Below, piece after piece: positions 18,903-29,592 of a DNA stretch of 64,000 bases (position 1 is its first letter; the number at the start of each line of letters is the position of its first letter). The notes under the pieces are model-generated. The model saw nothing but the letters and a program-made list of their open reading frames with translations. It was not told where the DNA came from and made no database searches. The stretch is from Terriglobia bacterium (lineage in GTDB: Bacteria > Acidobacteriota > Terriglobia > 20CM-2-55-15), in NCBI GenBank assembly GCA_965218585.1, contig CBDCLE010000017.1, forward strand, positions 160,001-224,000, in the 5' to 3' direction. Made by a program: the position numbers and the translations under genes.

Positions 18903-20976
18903 TCATTACGGTTCGATTCAGAAAAGCCAGAACGTCGGTGGCCTCATCGATCTGCTTGGAGGTCGGCTTCCCGGCTCCGTGGCCGGCTGAAATCGCAACC
19001 CGGATAAGCGTCGGATTGTCTCCGGACTGGGCATGCTGGAGGGCCGCCGCGAACTTAAAGCTGTGAGACGGCACCACGCGATCATCGTGGTCGCCCGTCG
19101 TCACCAGAGTTGCCGGATAGGGAGTTCCCTCACGGATGTTGTGGTAGGGCGAGCATGCGCGAAGAGTCAAGAAGTCGCCCGGGTCATCGGGCGAGCCGTA
19201 ATCGGACGTCCACGCCCAGCCGATTGTGAATTTGTGGAACCGAAGCAGGTCCATCACGCCAACTGCAGGCACAGCTGCAGCAAACAGGTCGGGGCGCTGG
19301 GTCATGCTGGCGCCTACAAGCATTCCGCCGTTGCTTCCACCCGTGATCGCCAGACGTTGCGGGTTCGTGTATCCGTTTTCTATCAGCCACTCTGCAGCCC
19401 CGATAAAATCATCGATGCCCTTCTGCTTATTTCGACGGATCCCGGCCTGATGCCACTGTTTCCCGTACTCCCCCCCTCCACGAATGTTGGCCACAGCATA
19501 GACACCGCCCATCTCCAGCCACGCGATGCGTTGCGGTGCGAACGCTGGGGTTAGAGAAATGTTGAATCCGCCATATCCGTAGAGTAGGACTGGACGGGCA
19601 CCATCGACATGCAAACCGCGCCGTTGGATCAGAAACATCGGAACATGGGTGCCGTCACGGGTCGTATAAAAGACCTGCCGCGTTTCGTAGTTCTCGGCCC
19701 TTATCGGGACTTCCGGTTTCCGGAACAATTCCGTCTTACCGGAGTCAACCAGGTGGCGATATATCGTGGTCGGAACTGTAAAACTCGTATAGGAGTAAAA
19801 AATTTCAGGATCGTCCATCCGTCCACGAATTTCGTTAACAGTGCCCAGCCCAGGGAGAGTCAACTTACGTATGTGCTGCCCGTCGAGAGAGTAGAGATCT
19901 AGTCGACTGTGTGCGTCCTCGAGCGAACGGGCGAGAAATCCCCCCGGCACGGCCAGGACCGCCTCCAATGTAGCCGCGTCCTCCGGCACAATTTCCCGCC
20001 ATTCGCCGCGGGCCGGGCGCGCGATGTCGATTCCGATCAGGCGCTGCTTTGGAGCATCCCGATCTGTCAATAACCAGAACTCAGTCCCGCTGTTTCCGAT
20101 GAATTCATAGCTCGCATCGAAGTCGTCGAGGAGTTTCTCGACGTGCGGCTCTTTGAGGCTAGGCCATTTCTCGAGATCTCTGTAGTAAACGCGGTTCTTG
20201 GGTTCGGTACCCTGCCAGACATGAATGATCAGGTAACGCCCATCCTCAGATACGGCCCCGACAAAACCTCTCTCTCGATGTTCCGGATCATCGCAGATGA
20301 GAATGTCATCCGCCTGGGAAGTCCCCAGACGATGGTAGAAAAGCTTCTGGTAGTAGTTCGCACCACCGAAGGCAGCCCCCGAACGAGGTTCGTCGTACCG
20401 GCTGTAAAAAATCCCTTTCTCGTCAGGGCTCCACGCTATCCAGGAAAACTTGACCCATTCGAGCCGGTCCTCCAGGTCCTGGCCTGTGGAGACGTCCCGC
20501 ATCCGAATTTCCTGCCAATCCGAACCGCTCACGGAAACGCTGTAGGCAAACAGCGTCCCGTCGGGACTCGCCTTGTGAACGATTAACGCAACAGTGCCGT
20601 CGTCGGATAGCGTATTCGGATCCAGAAGTACATGAGGTTCGGCGTCGGGCGCCTCCATCGTGTAAAGCACACTTTGGTTTTCGAGCCCGCTATTTCGAAA
20701 GTAGAAGTAGCGTTCGCCGGCCTTGAACGGGACTCCGTTTTTTTCGAAATTCCACAGGTGGGTGAGCTGTTCCCGAATCGATTCACGTTCGGCGACTCCC
20801 GACAGGTAAGCTTCTGTCACCGAGTTCTGTTCGCCGATCCAGTTCTTCGTTTCGGCCGAGTCCAGATCCTCCAGCCATCGATACGGATCGGCTACCTCGT
20901 GTCCGTGATAATCGTCGATCTGATCCGTGCGTCGGGCGGAGGGGTAGGTTCGAGCGCCGTCTTTTCGAGAGGCCAT
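18895..20976 (-). CDS. Prolyl oligopeptidase (S9A)
   Basis: DPYRWLE, YGYGGF, GGSNGG nucleophile, DDRV, AGHG. Confidence 0.95.
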   Translation of the reverse strand: MASRKDGARTYPSARRTDQIDDYHGHEVADPYRWLEDLDSAETKNWIGEQNSVTEAYLSGVAERESIREQLTHLWNFEKNGVPFKAGERYFYFRNSGLENQSVLYTMEAPDAEPHVLLDPNTLSDDGTVALIVHKASPDGTLFAYSVSVSGSDWQEIRMRDVSTGQDLEDRLEWVKFSWIAWSPDEKGIFYSRYDEPRSGAAFGGANYYQKLFYHRLGTSQADDILICDDPEHRERGFVGAVSEDGRYLIIHVWQGTEPKNRVYYRDLEKWPSLKEPHVEKLLDDFDASYEFIGNSGTEFWLLTDRDAPKQRLIGIDIARPARGEWREIVPEDAATLEAVLAVPGGFLARSLEDAHSRLDLYSLDGQHIRKLTLPGLGTVNEIRGRMDDPEIFYSYTSFTVPTTIYRHLVDSGKTELFRKPEVPIRAENYETRQVFYTTRDGTHVPMFLIQRRGLHVDGARPVLLYGYGGFNISLTPAFAPQRIAWLEMGGVYAVANIRGGGEYGKQWHQAGIRRNKQKGIDDFIGAAEWLIENGYTNPQRLAITGGSNGGMLVGASMTQRPDLFAAAVPAVGVMDLLRFHKFTIGWAWTSDYGSPDDPGDFLTLRACSPYHNIREGTPYPATLVTTGDHDDRVVPSHSFKFAAALQHAQSGDNPTLIRVAISAGHGAGKPTSKQIDEATDVLAFLNRTVMKK

Positions 20977-21004
20977 CTAATATGGGGGACACGCCACCAA
21001 AGGG

Positions 21005-21562
21005 TCAGCTGATTCCCAGACGAACTTTTCCTTCTTCGGAAATCCGTTCAGGAGTCCACGGTGGGTTCCACACGACCTGAACGTCTGCGACTTCGACTCC
21101 TGGGATGCGTTCGATCTTGTGCCGCGCATCGGCAGCGATCGAATCGCCCATGCCGCAGCCCTGTGCCGTGAGCGTCATCTTTATGTCGACACGCGAACCG
21201 CCTTCAGGGGCCTGACCCACTTCAAGTTCATAGATCAAACCAAGGTCTACGATGTTCACAGGTATCTCGGGATCGAAGCAGCTCTTGAGCTGAGTCCAGA
21301 TTTCATCCCGCAGATCTCCCTCGGGCTTAGTTTCACCGCTCGTGTCGGACACGGGCGGCTCTTCGATGGCTTCCTTTCCGATCGCGTCGGCGTCTCTCGC
21401 TGCAAGGCGGAAGAGGCCTCCCACGGAAGGAACCATCAGGGTGTAGGAACCCCCTAAAGCCTGAGTTATCGTCACGGGCGTGCCCTTCGTTAGATGGACG
21501 GCCCGGCCTCCCGGTATCTCCACGACCACACATTCGCGGCTCAACTCGATCGCATCACTCAT
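21005..21562 (-). CDS. sufT: Putative Fe-S cluster assembly protein SufT
   Basis: TQALGGSYT, DADAIG, FDPEIPVNIVDLGLIY, MTLTAQGCGMG. Confidence 0.88.
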   Translation of the reverse strand: MSDAIELSRECVVVEIPGGRAVHLTKGTPVTITQALGGSYTLMVPSVGGLFRLAARDADAIGKEAIEEPPVSDTSGETKPEGDLRDEIWTQLKSCFDPEIPVNIVDLGLIYELEVGQAPEGGSRVDIKMTLTAQGCGMGDSIAADARHKIERIPGVEVADVQVVWNPPWTPERISEEGKVRLGIS

Positions 21563-21674
21563 AATCCCTCCAAAAAGGCGCCCGTTGGCGTCCTACAACT
21601 TTAAACCGATCCAGACGAGTCGTGCAAATGTTCGTCGACCCTGCATCGCCATCCCTCCAGTTTCGCGGGCCTGT

Positions 21675-22631
21675 TCAGCGAACTTCAATCTGGGCCGGCT
21701 CCGATTCCACGGGGGACTCTGCAACCAGGATTGCGACAACCTCATAGGTTCCAGGCGCCACTTCGTTCAGATCCCGATCTCGATGATTCCACACCGCTTC
21801 GAAATTCCACTGGGCACCTGCCTGAAGAGCTTCACTCCGGAGGACCTCAGAAAAGAACATCCTCTCGGACCACCTCCAGATCTCGCTGGCCTGACGGGGA
21901 TCGCTAACAACGAAATCAAAGTTCTGGCTGGAGTCGAAATCGAATGCCAATAACTGATTCGAAATATTCTGGACCTCGACACGAAATCGATGCTCATCGC
22001 CCTCGTCTAAGACCTGGAGCGTGATCCGCACACTGGCGTCGGAAACTTCACCAACGTTCTCAGTGGGATCGGCGGTCAGAACACGCGGTTCCGGAGCCCG
22101 CACGTCCAGATCCCCCACCACGGCTTCGTTTCCGACCAACGCGCCGACGAGCTTTACGCTTTGGGTGCCCGCCTGGAAGTTGAATTCGGCTTCGACAATA
22201 CCCACGCTCCGCTCGAGGATCAATACGACGTCTCCGAAATCAAACCTCGCCCGGAGAGGCAGGTCGTTGGCATCGGTGGCGACTACCTGGACCGAGCCTC
22301 GACTCGAAGGGAACAGATCACCTTCAAACTCGCCATCGAAACGCAGATACTGTCGCTGATCCCGATCGTAACGGACGCCTATGGTGCCGGCAGCGCCCAC
22401 GAACGGAAATCCTGAAAACACGTAATAACTTGTCCCTTCGATAATCGTGTAATCACTGATCTCCATATCGAAGGTGTCCAGGACGCGCCCCTCGGGATCC
22501 AGGATCTGGTATTCCCACCGGTTTCCGACATCCAGAGGAAGGAAGTCTGGCGACATCCGAATTCCCTGGCCAAAGGCCAGGCTCGGCAAACCGAGCAGCG
22601 CTGATATGCTTAAGGTGAGGAAGCGAGACAT
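21675..22631 (-). CDS. Secreted protein with C-terminal BsuPI-like (proteinase inhibitor) domain
   Basis: Signal peptide, FLPLDVGNRWEY; C-terminal FDSSQNFDFVV..IWRWS..PGTYEV. Confidence 0.65.
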   Translation of the reverse strand: MSRFLTLSISALLGLPSLAFGQGIRMSPDFLPLDVGNRWEYQILDPEGRVLDTFDMEISDYTIIEGTSYYVFSGFPFVGAAGTIGVRYDRDQRQYLRFDGEFEGDLFPSSRGSVQVVATDANDLPLRARFDFGDVVLILERSVGIVEAEFNFQAGTQSVKLVGALVGNEAVVGDLDVRAPEPRVLTADPTENVGEVSDASVRITLQVLDEGDEHRFRVEVQNISNQLLAFDFDSSQNFDFVVSDPRQASEIWRWSERMFFSEVLRSEALQAGAQWNFEAVWNHRDRDLNEVAPGTYEVVAILVAESPVESEPAQIEVR

Positions 22632-22656
22632 CTCTTTACAGTTTTAGAGCAGCCGA

Positions 22657-23138
22657 ATGGGCCAAGACAATCAACCTGACGACAGCTATTTCATGGATCT
22701 TGCTCTCGAGCTGGCCACGAAGGCAGAGCAGAAGGGAGAAGTTCCGGTCGGTTCCGTCGTTGTCTTAGAGGGAGATGTGATCGGAAACGGGTACAATTCT
22801 CCGATTCATACCAGCGACACGACGGCCCACGCAGAAATAGTGGCACTTCGGGAAGCTTCAGCCTCACAGGCCAACTACCGGCTCACGGCCTGCACGCTCT
22901 ATGCCACCCTCGAGCCCTGTCTCATGTGTGTCGGAGCGATGATCCATGCCCGCATCAAAACGCCTGGTATTCGCCTGCCCGGATCCCAAATCCGGCGCCG
23001 CAGGGTCGATTTTACGACATTCCCGCCGACCGACGCCTGAACCACCAAATCGAAGTCGTTTCAGGTGTCAGGGAAGCCGAGTCGGGACAACTGCTTCAAA
23101 GTTTTTTTAAACAAAAGCGCGAAAAAATCCGTCATTAA
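22657..23138 (+). CDS. tadA: tRNA adenosine(34) deaminase with two apparent +1 homopolymer frameshifts (~22960, ~23013)
   Basis: EVPVG, TAHAEI, TLEPCLMC; removing one A and one T restores RIKRLVFACPDPKSGAAGSIYDI..LNH..LLQSFFKQKR. Confidence 0.88.
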
Positions 23139-23389
23139 GAACTGCGATGCTTTCTCAGTCCAGGAGCGTCTAAGCCTCGACTGAAGCTCGGCCGCCGCAC
23201 GAGACCCTTCTCTGCTGAGGACGATGGCTTCCGGCTCTTGTAGCATTAGGGTTAAAACGCTGTTAACTTATTGAAAGGCAACTGTTGGAACGTAACAACT
23301 TGTCTTCCGAGAACATAGAGAAGTCGAAAGAATTCAGTGATTCGAACGACAGCGTTCCCGACCGAAGTTTCCCTATCAGGAGGATCTCA

Positions 23390-25087
23390 ATGAAGAAGTA
23401 CTTGGTAACGATCACACTCTGGAGCCTGCTTGCCAGCGTGCCCGCAGAGGCACAGAACATGGTCAGCGATTTCTTCAGTCGCTACCGGCCACCGGAAGTG
23501 GATCTCGCAACATTGGAAACAGCCCAGATTCCTCCTGCATCTCTGATTGCACTGGCTCAGGACGGGAGCGTTCCCTTACGTGTAAACGACGTTATCCGGA
23601 TGGCACTGGAAAACAATCTGGACGTCGGAGTGAGCCGATTCACACCGTCAATCTCAGAGTACGCCATTTCGGTGGCCTACCAGAGATTCGATCCCACGCT
23701 CACTTTCAACGGAAACGTTAACCGTAATACAACAGCATCGACGACACAGTTGGACGGTGCCGCCACCAATACCCGACTCACCGGCAACTACGGAGTCACC
23801 TACGATCACTTGCTTCAGTACGGTTCGTCCTACCAGGTTCGCTTCCAGATGAACCGGTTTTCGACCAACAGTGGATTCAGCACCGTCAACCCGGCCTACA
23901 ACGGGCAGCTGACCTATGGTTTCAACCAACCGCTTCTCCGTAACTTCGGGACCATGATCAACAGGAGCCCCATCACGATCGCTCAGAACAACCTGGAAAT
24001 ATCGGAAATCCAGTTCGAGCAACAGGTGATGGATCTGGCCACCCAGGCAACGAACGCCTACTGGGACCTGGTATACGCACGGGAAGACATCCGGGTACAG
24101 GAGGCGTCACTGGCGTTGGCCGAACGCACACTGAGAGACAACCAGATGCAGGTTGAAATCGGAACATTGGCACCGATCGAAGTCGTCCAGGCAGAATCTG
24201 CCGTTGCGACGCGGCGTGAAAGCCTTGTGGTGGCTCGATACAACCAGACGCGAATCGAAGACAGCATCAAGCAACTGGTCAGCCGCGTTCCCGACCCCGC
24301 AATGGTGTTGCTTTCACTGAACCCGGTCGAGGACGTCCGCAACCGCACAGATGAGATACTTCCTGTTGCAGACGCTATCCAGCTGGCGCTGCTCAACAGG
24401 CCGGAAATGCGTCAAGCTGAACTCGATATCCAGAACAACGACATCAACTTGGCCGTTGCGCGAAACTCACTACTCCCGCTGTTCGACCTTTCTGCCTCCT
24501 ACACACAGTCGGGTATCGGAGGTAACACGTTCGTCCGGTCGGGAATTGGCGGACAGACCCTGACGCAGATTCCAGGAGGGATCGGCGGCGCCTTCTCAGA
24601 CATCTTCGGTTTCGACTTCACCGGATACTCGGTGGGCTTCACCCTGCAGATCCCGCTCAGCAACAAATCGGCACAGGCGAATGTCGCCCGGCTGACCGTT
24701 CAGAAACGTCAAAACGAATCACGCACTGCAGCGACCGCACAAGGGATCGCCACTCAAGTCCGTGATGCGTACAACCAGATCGAAATGAACCGGGCTCGAA
24801 TCGAAGCCGCCGAGGTTGCCAGAGAACTGGCCGAACGCCGACTGGATGCTGAACAACGGAAGTTCACTCTGGGCGCCTCCGCAATCCGTTTCGTCCTGGA
24901 CGAACAGCAGAACGTAACCCAGGCACAGACCAACGAGATTCGCGCCCTTGTCGATTACGTCAAGGCTATCGTGGCTTACGACCGGGCAATCGGCCGAACC
25001 CTCGAGCGGAACAATATACAGATCGAACAGGAGCTCCGTCCCGCACTCGCAAGTGCTGAGGCTGGAGGCGTAGCGGGTCTGGAATGA
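23390..25087 (+). CDS. TolC-family outer membrane efflux protein
   Basis: Signal peptide from ATG 23390, ALENNLD, QPLLRNFG, NAYWDL, LQIPL repeats. Confidence 0.9.
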   Translation: MKKYLVTITLWSLLASVPAEAQNMVSDFFSRYRPPEVDLATLETAQIPPASLIALAQDGSVPLRVNDVIRMALENNLDVGVSRFTPSISEYAISVAYQRFDPTLTFNGNVNRNTTASTTQLDGAATNTRLTGNYGVTYDHLLQYGSSYQVRFQMNRFSTNSGFSTVNPAYNGQLTYGFNQPLLRNFGTMINRSPITIAQNNLEISEIQFEQQVMDLATQATNAYWDLVYAREDIRVQEASLALAERTLRDNQMQVEIGTLAPIEVVQAESAVATRRESLVVARYNQTRIEDSIKQLVSRVPDPAMVLLSLNPVEDVRNRTDEILPVADAIQLALLNRPEMRQAELDIQNNDINLAVARNSLLPLFDLSASYTQSGIGGNTFVRSGIGGQTLTQIPGGIGGAFSDIFGFDFTGYSVGFTLQIPLSNKSAQANVARLTVQKRQNESRTAATAQGIATQVRDAYNQIEMNRARIEAAEVARELAERRLDAEQRKFTLGASAIRFVLDEQQNVTQAQTNEIRALVDYVKAIVAYDRAIGRTLERNNIQIEQELRPALASAEAGGVAGLE

Positions 25088-25203
25088 ATCGGAACTTGGG
25101 ATCGGCTATCGAGGGTTCGAATGGAACATTCAGTCGGTTTTCTACGTCGATAACAGATGACGGCCGGCAAGGCGCGGATTTGAGCAGAATTTAGCAGAAC
25201 ATT

Positions 25204-26454
25204 ATGGATAAGCCCCGACCCAACTACGCTCGCAATAAACGGATTCGCCGTGTGTTCTACGTAACGCTCGTCGTGGCAATCGGCGTCGTCGCCACTCTCG
25301 GCGTGTCCCGCCTGGAACCAGCCTCGCCGTCCGTGGACGGGCAGACCCTGTACACCGACACAGTTCAACGGGGGGAAATGCTGCTCGAAGTCCGCGGTCT
25401 CGGTCGTCTGGTCCCTGAGGAGGTCCGCTGGATTCCCGCAACTACAGAAGGACTTGTCGAACGGATCCTGGTTCAGCCGGGAACAGAAGTCACCCCCAAC
25501 ACGATTGTGGTGGAGTTGAGTAATCCGGAACTGGAACAAACTACTCTGGACGTGGATCTCCAGGTCCGGGCGGCTGAAGCGGAATTGGCCAACCTCCGGG
25601 TACAACTTCAGAGCGACATCCTGAACCAACGCGCCAGTGCCGCCTCAATCGAAGCTGAATACAGCCGCGCCGAACTCCAGCATCAGGCAAACTCGGAGTT
25701 GAGCGAAGAAGGTTTGATATCCGAACTGGATCTCAACCTGTCCAGAGTGCAGGCCGACCAGGCCCGGCAGCGTAACGAACTCGAGCAGGAGCGTCTCCTG
25801 ATCGCGAATGATGCAAACGAAGCGCGACTTGCCGTCCAGGAGCTCCGCGTCGATCAACTGAAAGCCCTGCATACCCTGAGGCAAAACCAGCTCGGGCGAT
25901 TGCAGGTTCGCGCCGGAATCCTCGGTGTTTTGCAGGAAGTCCCCATCGAAGTGGGTCAGCAGCTCTCTCCCGGGAACAACATTGCGCGCGTCGCCGAACC
26001 TGACAAACTGAAAGCCGAACTTGAGATTGCCGAGACGCAAGCCCGGGACATCCAATTGGGACAGTACGTCGCCATCGACACGCGGAACGGAATCATCCCG
26101 GGAACGGTCACCCGGATCGATCCGGCTGTCCTGAACGGAACGGTGACCGTCGACGTCCGCCTCGACGGAGCGCTTCCACGCGGGGCACGTCCGGATTTGA
26201 GCGTCGACGGAACCATAGAGATCCAACGGCTGAGCGATGTTCTCTATGTGGGACGGCCGAGTTTCGGGCAGGCAAACAGCCTGGTAGGAATGTTCCGGCT
26301 GACGGAAGAAGGAGAAGCTGTTCGAATCCCCGTGCGGTTAGGCCAGACCTCGGTAAGCACGATACAGATCGTGGATGGACTCGCCGTCGGCGATACCGTC
26401 ATTCTTTCGGATATGTCCCAGTGGGACGCCTTTGACAGAATTCGGATTAACTAA
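25204..26454 (+). CDS. Efflux periplasmic adaptor (MFP/HlyD-like)
   Basis: N-terminal TM, GLVERILVQPG, coiled hairpin, VRAGILG, RPDLSVDG. Confidence 0.9.
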   Translation: MDKPRPNYARNKRIRRVFYVTLVVAIGVVATLGVSRLEPASPSVDGQTLYTDTVQRGEMLLEVRGLGRLVPEEVRWIPATTEGLVERILVQPGTEVTPNTIVVELSNPELEQTTLDVDLQVRAAEAELANLRVQLQSDILNQRASAASIEAEYSRAELQHQANSELSEEGLISELDLNLSRVQADQARQRNELEQERLLIANDANEARLAVQELRVDQLKALHTLRQNQLGRLQVRAGILGVLQEVPIEVGQQLSPGNNIARVAEPDKLKAELEIAETQARDIQLGQYVAIDTRNGIIPGTVTRIDPAVLNGTVTVDVRLDGALPRGARPDLSVDGTIEIQRLSDVLYVGRPSFGQANSLVGMFRLTEEGEAVRIPVRLGQTSVSTIQIVDGLAVGDTVILSDMSQWDAFDRIRIN

Positions 26455-26465
26455 GGAGAAATCGA

Positions 26466-27167
26466 ATGTCAGCATCAGAGCCCGTAATTCGGATGGAAGA
26501 CGTCCAGAAGATTTACTACACGGAAGAAGTGGAAACGCATGCACTGGGTGGAGTCAATCTGGAAATCGACCGGGGTGAGTACGTCGCGATCGCCGGCCCG
26601 TCCGGATGCGGCAAATCGACATTGCTTTCGATTCTCGGACTGCTGGATTCCCCCACGAACGGAAGATATTGGCTGAACTCAACTGAAGTGGCCGGATTAC
26701 CGATGTCAGAACGGGCCCGTATCCGCAACCACGAGGTCGGATTCATATTTCAGGCTTTCAACCTGATCGGCGACCTCAGTGTGTACGAAAACGTGGAACT
26801 ACCACTGAGCTACCGGGGCATGCCGTCCGGCGAGAGACGGAAGGCCGTGGAAGAGGCCCTGGAAAAAGTCGAGATGGCCCACCGGATGAAACACCATCCT
26901 TCGCAGCTCTCCGGAGGCCAGCAACAGAGGGTTGCCGTGGCACGGGCACTCGCCGGGTCGCCTTCGATATTGCTGGCCGACGAGCCAACCGGAAACCTCG
27001 ATTCTAAGAACGGCGAAGCCGTCATGACGTTGATGTCCAATCTTCACAGAGAAGGCGCCACGATCTGCATGGTAACCCACGATCCCCGGTATGCGGACTT
27101 TGCCGACCGATCGATTCAGCTGTTTGACGGGGCGATCGTCGAAGATGGTGCAGTGGCCGCTCATTAG
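26466..27167 (+). CDS. ABC transporter ATP-binding protein (MacB/LolD type)
   Basis: GPSGCGKST, GFIFQAFNL, LSGGQQQRV, ADEPTGNLD. Confidence 0.93.
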   Translation: MSASEPVIRMEDVQKIYYTEEVETHALGGVNLEIDRGEYVAIAGPSGCGKSTLLSILGLLDSPTNGRYWLNSTEVAGLPMSERARIRNHEVGFIFQAFNLIGDLSVYENVELPLSYRGMPSGERRKAVEEALEKVEMAHRMKHHPSQLSGGQQQRVAVARALAGSPSILLADEPTGNLDSKNGEAVMTLMSNLHREGATICMVTHDPRYADFADRSIQLFDGAIVEDGAVAAH

Positions 27168-27231
27168 CGGCGGGCGCGAGCAGCCAAAGAATGGTAATAA
27201 TATAGGGCCGACCGCACGCCCCAGCTCATAC

Positions 27232-27318
27232 GGAGAGGTGCTAGAGCGGTTGAATAGGCCGGTCTCGAAAACCGGTGTGGGGGTAACTCCACCGTGGGTT
27301 CGAATCCCACCCTCTCCG
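27232..27318 (+). tRNA. tRNA-Ser(CGA), CCA not encoded
   Basis: Acceptor GGAGAGG/CCTCTCC, anticodon arm CCGGT-CTCGAAA-ACCGG, long variable arm, GGTTCGAATCC T-loop. Confidence 0.95.
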
Positions 27319-27409
27319 CTCTTATTTATTTTAAACCATTTTATTTCAATTAAATAAACTTAAAATATCGATTCCGCCCCTCATTTAGGCCCACTTTTTT
27401 AATTGGATC

Positions 27410-27652
27410 TTAGTCGACGCCTTTGGACATCGAACAGACCTGATCGGACCGTGTGGGCTTACAGTCTTGCAGTAGCCGTGCCGATGGGTCCGTATCGAGG
27501 CCGAGGCGTTTCTGCGTGTCCGAGAGATCGGGATGGGGTGCGATCTCGATCGCATGGAATGCTTGCCAATCCGCATACGCCGCCGCGTTAGCCTCGACAT
27601 TGGAAGACCTCAGGTCCGCGAACACGTTACCGCTACCACGTTCGAACTTCAT
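27410..27652 (-). pseudogene. Degraded XRE-family HTH antitoxin-like gene
   Basis: N-terminal ERGSGNVFADL motif typical of XRE antitoxins; the rest is poorly recognisable. Confidence 0.45.
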
Positions 27653-27802
27653 TGATGATCTTCAGCGGCCGGCCGGTCGTGTGTTCGCCTAGTCTCACCG
27701 GCTCCCTTGGATAGTTCCGATGTCTCGTTCAAGATCCTCAATGTCGTATTGGGCAGACACCTTTCTGGCGCGGGCATAGTCCATCATCTCCCACATAGAC
27801 AC

Positions 27803-29188
27803 GAGTTATAACCGAATCTGGTGTTTAAGGGATTGAGGAAGAGCGGCGTATCTGGTTGATTTGTTGTTTACCAGACTTCAAAGCAACCAAGGGAGATACG
27901 CCACTATGAGCAAGAGTAACGTGACTGGACCGGAGGGTCGAGAGACGATTGAGGATCCGATAACAGAGCTACTACGAGTTGGAGCTCAGCAACTGATCCA
28001 ACGCGCGGTGGAAACCGAATTGGCGGAACTGCTATCCCACCACGGCGATCGGAGAACCGAGACGGGCAACGCCGGGGTGGTGCGCAACGGTTATCTGCCT
28101 GAACGTGAACTGCAGACCGGTTTGGGGCCGGTAACGGTCCAGATCCCGAAAGTCCGAGCGAAGACTGGCGACCCGGTAACGTTCCGGTCGGCCCTGGTAC
28201 CTCCCTACATTCGGAAAACGAAATCGCTGGAAGCAGCGGTGCCGTGGTTGTATTTGAAAGGCGTCTCCAGCGGCGAGATGGGTGACGCTCTAAAAGTTCT
28301 TGTCGGACCCCAGGCGCAGGGCCTGTCGGCGAGCACGGTATCGCGGTTGAAACAGGTCTGGGCCGAGCAGTACCGCCGGGGATGCGAGGAGCGATTGGAT
28401 GCCGATCGCTGGGTCTATGTCTGGGCCGACGGTATCTACAGCGGACTGCGGGCCGAAGAAACCAAGTTGTGCGCACTGGTGGTGATCGGCGCGAATCAAC
28501 GCGGAGAGAAACGTTTTCTGGCAATCGAAGACGGTGTCCGGGAATCGACACAGAGTTGGCGCGAGGTCTTGTTAAAGCTGAAGTCGCGTGGGATGAATAT
28601 CCCGAAGTTGGCCATCGGAGACGGTGCGATGGGATTCTGGGCCGCACTGGAGGAAATCTATCCCGAGACACGTCACCAACGTTGCTGGATGCACAAGACC
28701 ATGAACGTACTGAACGGGCTCCCGAAGTCGGCCCAGGCGAAGGCGAAACAGGCTTTGCACGCGATCTGGCGGGCTCAGACACAGACAGACGCCGAGAAGG
28801 CATTCGATCTGTTCATTGAAACCTATGAGCCGAAGTATCCGAAAGCCACTCGCTGCCTCCAGAAAGACAAAGAAGAACTGCTGGCCTTCTTCAACTTCCC
28901 GGCCAAGCACTGGCAGAGCATCCGAACGACCAATCCCATTGAGTCGACCTTTGCTACCATTCGCCACCGAACCAAGCGATCCAGGGGTTGCCTGACGCGG
29001 GTTGGCATGCTGCACATGATGTTCAAACTGGGACAGTGCGCTCAAAAGAACTGGCGACGATTACGAGGATTCGATGATCTGCCCAAGGTGATTACTGGAG
29101 TGAAATTCAACGATGGAATCGAAGTGACCCACGTCGATCAGGCCGCCGCTTGAGTCAATCGGCAAAACACCACTTTTGACAATAACTC
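27803..29188 (+). mobile_element. IS256-family element (second type)
   Basis: Imperfect IRs GAGTTATAACCGAATCTGGTGTTT / AAACACCACTTTTGACAATAACTC; flanking repeats CATAGACA(C) at 27794 and CATAGACA(T) at 29189. Confidence 0.88.
27906..29153 (+). CDS. IS256-family transposase
   Basis: VVRNGYLPER, WADGIY, IGDGAMGFW, QRCWMHK, RTTNPIES. Confidence 0.93.
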   Translation: MSKSNVTGPEGRETIEDPITELLRVGAQQLIQRAVETELAELLSHHGDRRTETGNAGVVRNGYLPERELQTGLGPVTVQIPKVRAKTGDPVTFRSALVPPYIRKTKSLEAAVPWLYLKGVSSGEMGDALKVLVGPQAQGLSASTVSRLKQVWAEQYRRGCEERLDADRWVYVWADGIYSGLRAEETKLCALVVIGANQRGEKRFLAIEDGVRESTQSWREVLLKLKSRGMNIPKLAIGDGAMGFWAALEEIYPETRHQRCWMHKTMNVLNGLPKSAQAKAKQALHAIWRAQTQTDAEKAFDLFIETYEPKYPKATRCLQKDKEELLAFFNFPAKHWQSIRTTNPIESTFATIRHRTKRSRGCLTRVGMLHMMFKLGQCAQKNWRRLRGFDDLPKVITGVKFNDGIEVTHVDQAAA

Positions 29189-29592
29189 CATAGACATTCC
29201 GGCATTCCGAGCTGCTCGTGCGAGCGTGAGCTTTCCATCCCCGTACTGCCGGACGTACTGCTCCAACTTCCATTGATGGATCGCTTGCGAGAGCAGTCGG
29301 CGCACAGTTGTTGAGCGATCAGACTGCTCAATATCCCCGATAAACTCCAGTTCACGCACCAATTCCGAGGAGAGTCGATCATACCCTGCAATTCTGGAAT
29401 ATCGTTAGGACGCATGCGCCAATGATGGAAAAGGCGCGAAGCTGGCTTAGGGAGCACGGCTCCCCCGCCCCACGATTTTATTGGACAGTGATTTGAGAAA
29501 CTACAACGTAGGAGGATCACGATATGTCCCGAGGAACGGAGGGGACAGAAGTGCAATGATCTAACTGTTCTTTGCTGAATTTGCGGGGAAGG

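Larger units (their letters stand above)
27695..29362 (-). pseudogene. UPF0175-family small protein split by IS256
   Basis: Removing the IS and one CATAGACA copy gives ..GKLTLARAARNAGMSMWEMMDYARARKVSAQYDIEDLERD..; start uncertain. Confidence 0.7.

Noticed and set aside
27232-27318. tRNA-Sec or suppressor tRNA
   Set aside because: Anticodon is CGA with a normal 7-bp acceptor stem, i.e. ordinary tRNA-Ser
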